This document shows positions 57,999-64,000 of a stretch of 64,000 nt of DNA, piece by piece. How positions within the stretch are numbered: position 1 is the stretch's first letter; every line of letters starts with the position of its first letter. The stretch covers positions 17,494 through 81,493 of the forward strand of contig JAUCBJ010007057.1 in assembly GCA_032718475.1 (NCBI GenBank). The letters are read 5' to 3'. Made by a program: the position numbers and the translations under genes. The notes under the pieces were generated by a model. That model was given only the letters and a program-made list of their open reading frames with translations, was not told the DNA's origin and made no database searches. This DNA comes from Nemertoderma westbladi (lineage: Eukaryota > Animalia > Xenacoelomorpha).

Positions 57999-60900
57999 CT
58001 ATATCTCTGAGACTGATGAATCGCTATTCGAAACATCCTCGTAATATTCTTTCAGTTTCTCACGGGATCGTATTGCGGCTACACGATGGGGTTTTGTAGT
58101 GTTAACTTGCGGTGAACGAATCGGTGGGACAATTGGGACATCCGATAGATCCACTAATGGTGAAACGGGACACTCTAGAGGGTACAAGAGTTTGATAGGA
58201 CGTTTAGAGAGTCCAGTTTGGGTCTTTACGGATACAGAACGTATCCATCCGTCTTTACTAGGAAAGAGTTCAATGACCTTGCCGAGAGGCCATTGCATGC
58301 GGGGTCTACGGGAACCAACTAGGACGATATCTCCTACTTTTGGGATATGTTTGGGTTCAGAAGAATTCCATCGATGGAACTCTCGTAAAGAAGTTAAATA
58401 CTCATGGTTCCAACGTGACCAGCAATCAGAAATAAGTGTGATAACACGCTGATGACGTTTAGTAAGGGATCGTCTCTCACCATAAGAAGGATCTTTATTA
58501 AAATCCTTATCGATGAGGGGTAAAGGCAACCCAGTTAGACGACGACCATATAGGAGTTGAGAAGGTGTCAGGGGTAAGGGCTCGTCCCTATCCGCAGTAA
58601 CGTAAGTAAGGGGTCTGTCATTCATGTAAGCTTCAACTTCATAGGCTACAGTAACCAACTCTTGATAAGTAATATAAGCTCGACCTAACACTTTCTTTAG
58701 TACAATCTTAGCAATACCGATCAACCGTTCCCAGAATCCTCCCATCCAAGGTGAGGCAACTGGAATAAAAGTCCAAATCATACGTCGTGATAATAAATAA
58801 TTTTGAACAGTTGCTGTAGAATGTACAGTCTTTAGATCTAAATCAGCTGAAATAAAGGCGGAGGGGTTGTCGCTTAGCAACCGAGACGGACAACCAGAAC
58901 GAGCGGTAAAACGTCGTAATGCGAACAAGAATGATTCAGTAGAATTATCTGGCACTACTTCTAATCGTACAGCTCTAACAGTAGTGCAAGTAAACAAAGC
59001 TATGTAGGCTTTGGTGCGATCTCTGAGTAATATATGACCAGTGTAGTCTAAGCCAGTAGTTTCGAATGGAACGGAACCTGAAACCCGAAACTCAGGAAGT
59101 GGTGGAGGTGGCGGTACTGGATAAGGTCGACCAATAACACGATTACACGTCGCACACGGACGAATAATAGAACGAACTCTCTGTCTTATCTGTGGAATCC
59201 ACCAACGCTGGCGTAACTGAACGATGGTGTCAGACAGACCGCAATGGAAATTAAACTTATGAGTGGATAATATAATCAGTTCAGTGAAAATATGTTTGCT
59301 TGGAAGTATCGCGGGGAACTTAGTTTGCCAAGGAATATTAGAATGTTCAATACGACCTCTAGAACGTATAATATTGTCGTCATCTAGGAATAACCGTAAC
59401 TGACGCACTAACGGGGGTATTTTACCTTTCTCAGTACTAGAATAATTAAGAGATAGTAAATAATTGCTCTCTTTACTAAATATATTGCTTTGTACGCGTC
59501 GCAATAGGAATATCTCTGCTAATACGATATCGTTTACTGTAAGTGGACTAGAAAGAACTTTCCCTCCTCCGACCGGCGCAATTGTGGGATATACACGTTT
59601 GTGACTGTTATTAGTAAAACTATCCTTTAGGCGGCGAACAAAACGCAATACCAATGCAGTAACACGTAAGAGTTTATTATAGTCACTATAATCTGATATG
59701 TTGATGACGTCATCAACATCAGAACCTGTTTCATCCAACGTAGGTAAAGAGCTAACCGTGGTATCCATAGCAACCGTTTCTTCCTTGAAAACAATTTTTT
59801 GAATTGGCCAATCAGAAACGCACATCAACCAGACCGGCCCACAAGTCCAAAAATCGGAGGACAATAATTTGATAGCAGTAATACCTCTAGTTAGCATGTC
59901 TGCCGGATTGTCCTTAGTTGGTACATAGCGAAATATTGCATTAGGACATAGTTGGTGAATTTCATCCACACGATTCTTTACATAGACGTTATTAACACAA
60001 CCATTCATTGTCCAGTGTAGAGCTATTTCACTATCTGACCATAAAAAGATATTGGCTGGAATGAATTGGAAACTAAATACCTGTGTAATGTACACCAAAA
60101 GTCTTGCGCCAATGGATAATGCAGTGAGTTCGAGTTTGGGAAGGGAAGGGGCTTTACACTTAACGGGGACAACTTTAGCTCTAGCTATGACTAAGTCAGA
60201 GTTTTGGTTGTTCACACAATAAACAACTGCACCATATGCCGTTTTAGAGGCATCGCAAAAACAATGTAAACATGCACCATTACTTAAAGTCAATTGACGT
60301 TTGACTGAAAATGATGAAAGTAAATTGATATCAGAAACTTGTTTTGACCACTGTGTTGCAATATCGTCTGGGATAACTTTATCCCAACCGATATTTAATT
60401 TCCACAATTGTTGAATTAATATACGCATACCAATAGTCACGGGTAATAGTAAACCTAACGGGTCAAATAATTTACCAGCTCAACTAACAATACCTCGCTT
60501 AGTAAAATAAGCATCGGGTGTTTTAATTTCGCGGGATGGATAACCCAATTTATCGTTTTCGATAAACCATTTCATGCCTAAAATAGCCGGTTCATTAGTA
60601 ACTACTTTAGGTCCATCGTTATTAGATTGTATAAGTTCATTTAACTTTGGAGAGTTAGTTATCCATTCCCTTAAAGGGAATCCACCCTGTTGTAATAATT
60701 TGCTACTTTGTAAATAATAATCAATTAAATCGTTCTCGTTATCTGACATACCATGTAAGTTATCAACATATAAATTACGAATAATTATGTCAGCTATCGG
60801 CGAGTCACTTAGTTTCAAATGGTGTCTAACAGTAGCATTTAATAAAAATTGACTACAAGTAGCACCGAATAAAACTACTCTAAACCGATATGTAAGTATT

Positions 60901-63512
60901 GGACTACTTGGATCAAAGGGATCCTTAGGCCATAAAAATCTTGTTACATCTCGATCACATGGATCGAGACCTATTTGTAAAAACGCTTTCTCAATATCAC
61001 TGATAGAACAATATTTGTTCATTCGAAAGCGTAATAAAGCATCACATAGCATTTGGTTTAGACTAGGACCGGTATGTAAACAATCATTTAAACTTGGAGA
61101 TTTCGAATTTGCCTTCGAACTACAATTGAAAACTATTCTCAATGGAGTAGTTGATGAAGTCGGTTTGATAACACCGTGATGAGGCAAATAATGAAATTTA
61201 ACATTATTATTATCACCTAGCACATTATCGGTAAACCTACGAAAATCGACAAATTCCGCGGGCTCAATAAATTTTCGGTTTAATTGTTCCCTAATAATAT
61301 TATCATAACAAGATAATAAATCGCGTGATTTACGTAATTTAGATAATATACTTTGCAAACATTTTGCAGCTAATGAATAATTAATTGGTAAGATTGGGTG
61401 ATTTGACTTCCACGGTAAACTTGCCGTGTATTTATATCCGTCGAACTGGATACTATTTTCGAATTCGATTAATGTGGAATCGTTAGAAACGTCCTTGGGT
61501 GCGTCGTAACGAATTCCGATTGAATCCAGACTCCATAACCTCTCCATACTCGCTGAGAGATCGTCTTCATCTTCGTAAAAAGGTCTCGATGTCCCAATAT
61601 TAAGAGCTGTAACAACTGATGTAATGCACTCTTTATCCTCGGATTGGGTTGAGTCAATTTGGCCCAATATTACATCCCCTAAATTAGATCGAAGTAAAGA
61701 CACACCCTCTTCTATGGAAGGAATTTTTATGAAATTAAAACATTGGTCAACTCCTAAAACTAATCCAAGATCGGGTACGTTATCACCGCGAATCGGATCA
61801 GCTAAGTTAACGCCGCGAAGTATTAAGCGGTCGACGAGATCCGATCGTCCCGGCGTCGCTAAACGCATTGGTAGCGAGTCTACCACTGCTGCAGAAACTT
61901 CGATCAATCCGTCTGATGTAACCACTGAAAATTTAGTAATATCATAAGGATCCATTTCGCCACAATGTGTAAAACTATCGATAGCTAAGTATGTGCGAGA
62001 TATTATGGTTAAACCCAATAACTCGACGATACTCCGTAATATAAAAGTTCGTTGCGATCCTGGATCTAATAACGTCCGAACGTTATAGGTTCGAGATCCA
62101 TGATTATAGTATTCAATAGGCATTATGGCCGTTGGTAATAGTGAGGAATGTTCAGTGCAAACTGAACTAGAAACAGATGGATTCGATTTTTTCTTTGGTA
62201 ACCGATCTGATGACGAACTACTGGAATAATGTGCGTGTAAAACCGAGTGGTGCAATCCTCCGCAAACGTAACACCGACTAGGTCTTGGGCATTCGTTCGT
62301 AGAATGGCCAGACCGTAAACAGTTTGCGCATAGATTCAATTCATCAGTGCGAGACTTCCGTTCATCACTAGTTTTATAACGATCGCAATAACGGACACTG
62401 TGATCGCTATTGCAGAAATAACAACGGATTTTGTATCTCGGTTTTGGTTTTGTAGAATTCATTACACTCGAACCAAATGAACCGACCGAGCCGCCCTGTG
62501 GAGACGATTCCGAATGACTACCGAAGTCATTGTGTTTCTTTGAAGTATTATTTGGTTTACTTTTATTGAAGCTGGAAAGGTCCGTATCAAAGGCTGATAA
62601 TTGTTCAATTTCCTCTTGAAGCGCTTTCCGAAGGTCTTCAATATTCCAATAAGTTGTTCGTGCAGCGCGATTTATATTGTCGCGAATCTTGGTAGGGAGT
62701 TTTCGGAGGAGGATTTCAGCGAACACGTATCCGGCTTCTTCCACGTTTCCTCCTAAATTTCGAATTCCTCTTAGTTGGGCTTCATATGTCGCTCGGAAAG
62801 TGGCTAAATCACGAGCCGTAGGCTTCGGCTCATCGATGTCGAGAATTATATGTAAACGAGCCCGGAGGATTAATTGAGGTTTACCAAAGGTATCTCGGAG
62901 TAACTCAATGGCTTCCTCGTAATCTTCGTTGGTTCGCTGGAAGTTTGCTACGAGTTTGGCAGCGTTTCCCGAAAGTTGCCCTTCTAAATACGAGAACTTC
63001 GTAGCCCCAGCGATCTCTGTTCGTGAGTGAACAGCGTCATTGAAACGATCCCAAAAATTTGGCCAATCGACTGGATTCCCTGAGAATGACGGCAGCTTCA
63101 ACACGGGAAGTTTCTGCGGTTTCATCCCGATACCGATATGGGATTCCACGTTTGGTGGGTGAACGTTACTACCCGGTAGCGACTCGGCGCGACCCTTCTC
63201 GTCTACAAACTGTTCGGCTCGTCGAATAGCCGAATAGATACGCAAATCTTCTTTGGAAGACGTATCAATCTCGGTAATTATACCGTCCTCGTCATTGGGA
63301 TCCAATACCTGTTGAATTCTTTCGCTCAAATCCGCCAACCTCGTCCTTTGTCTCGCCGTTCCAGCAATGACGTCACGTATAGAGTCAATGTCTGGATCAG
63401 CTACCAACTCTCCTGACGTTCCGAACATCAGTCCATTTAGTTGGTCGAGTAAACGAGTAACTACGGATCGATGACCACGACGTTGATTTTTTAGAAATAT
63501 TAAATCTTCCAT
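57999..63512 (-). pseudogene. gag-pol: E3 gag-pol interrupted by one in-frame TGA (60480-60482)
   Basis: The 1010-aa and 813-aa ORFs share one frame: TKRGIVS*AGKLFDPLG. Capsid, knuckles, LLDPGS, YVDN, HCFCDAS and integrase motifs are present. Confidence 0.92.
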
Positions 63513-63575
63513 AGCTGGTTAATAGTAGAATACAGTTAGGCCTAATGTGTGTCAGAAAGTTCCGGCTGTCCGGTG

Positions 63576-63594
63576 ATCCCGGGTCACCGCACCA
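63576..63594 (-). promoter_or_regulatory. E3 tRNA-type PBS TGGTGCGGTGACCCGGGAT (tRNA-His-like)
   Basis: Starts with TGG 3 nt after the LTR; resembles the complement of the tRNA-His 3' end (TGGTGCCGTGAC) with mismatches. Confidence 0.75.
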
Positions 63595-63597
63595 TTT

Positions 63598-64000
63598 TGT
63601 CCCGAAATAACACAGGGTAGTTGCGATTTCCAGACTTAAAATAAACGCGATGGTTTGTTGTTACCGCGTATGTGTTTGATAGCATTTGGGAGAGCGATTT
63701 ATATAATAAGGGGTTAAGTAAAAATACTTCCTGATTCACTTATTCAATTAAGGGTATAGTATACATACATGTTGTTTAGACCTATTTACTGACACCATGA
63801 CAGACATACACAGCATAAATCAACGTAGTCATAAGCAAGTTAAAAGAATAATAATAAAAACATAAACCGGTACCCACTTCATATCAGAATGACTGTAATC
63901 GGATAATTACTTACGTCATACTAAAAATAACTTAAAAGAAGAGCGAGATTCAAAAACAAACGCTTTCTTATATAACAAAATACATAATGAAATAATATTT
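63598..64000 (-). repeat. E3 5' LTR (partial)
   Basis: Matches 57372-57774; about 6 bp lie beyond the window. Confidence 0.95.

Larger units (their letters stand above)
57372..64000 (-). mobile_element. Compact BEL/Pao LTR retrotransposon E3 (~6.6 kb; 5' end cut by the window edge)
   Basis: 409-bp LTR at 57372-57780 and copy from 63598 with 3 substitutions seen; PPT-like GGCTGGCGGGAA at 57781-57792 (minus strand); TGG-type PBS; gag-pol. Confidence 0.96.

Noticed and set aside
60480-60482. Programmed read-through between the two E3 ORFs
   Set aside because: The TGA lies inside the conserved TKR..FDPLG motif of pol rather than at the gag/pol border, and has no typical leaky context; a nonsense mutation or base error is simpler.

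Overview
AT-rich, repeat-only eukaryotic DNA, most likely from an invertebrate animal; no host gene is supported. The window holds three BEL/Pao LTR retrotransposons. E1 (6373-23339, +, inserted in a 62-bp satellite) and E2 (32789-48701, -) are related, very large (16-17 kb) full-length copies with ~1.18-kb LTRs, 5-bp TSDs, an uninterrupted ~2700-aa gag-pol and a decaying accessory-ORF region. E3 (57372 to beyond 64000, -) is a compact element with a normal tRNA-type PBS and one premature stop. Between them lie nested foldback/MITE elements, three minisatellites and a LINE fragment. Main finding: E1 and E2 have no tRNA primer-binding site. Instead, the 12 nt next to the 5' LTR are the exact complement of a 12-mer inside the element's own LTR, and the two sites change together at two positions between E1 and E2. 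This points to tRNA-independent self-priming in a BEL/Pao element. Second finding: a conserved cluster of in-phase consensus splice donors at the end of gag, plus candidate acceptors directly followed by stop codons after pol, suggests spliced Gag-only mRNAs. A non-env zinc-knuckle accessory ORF is also present. Identities and difference counts are by-eye estimates.
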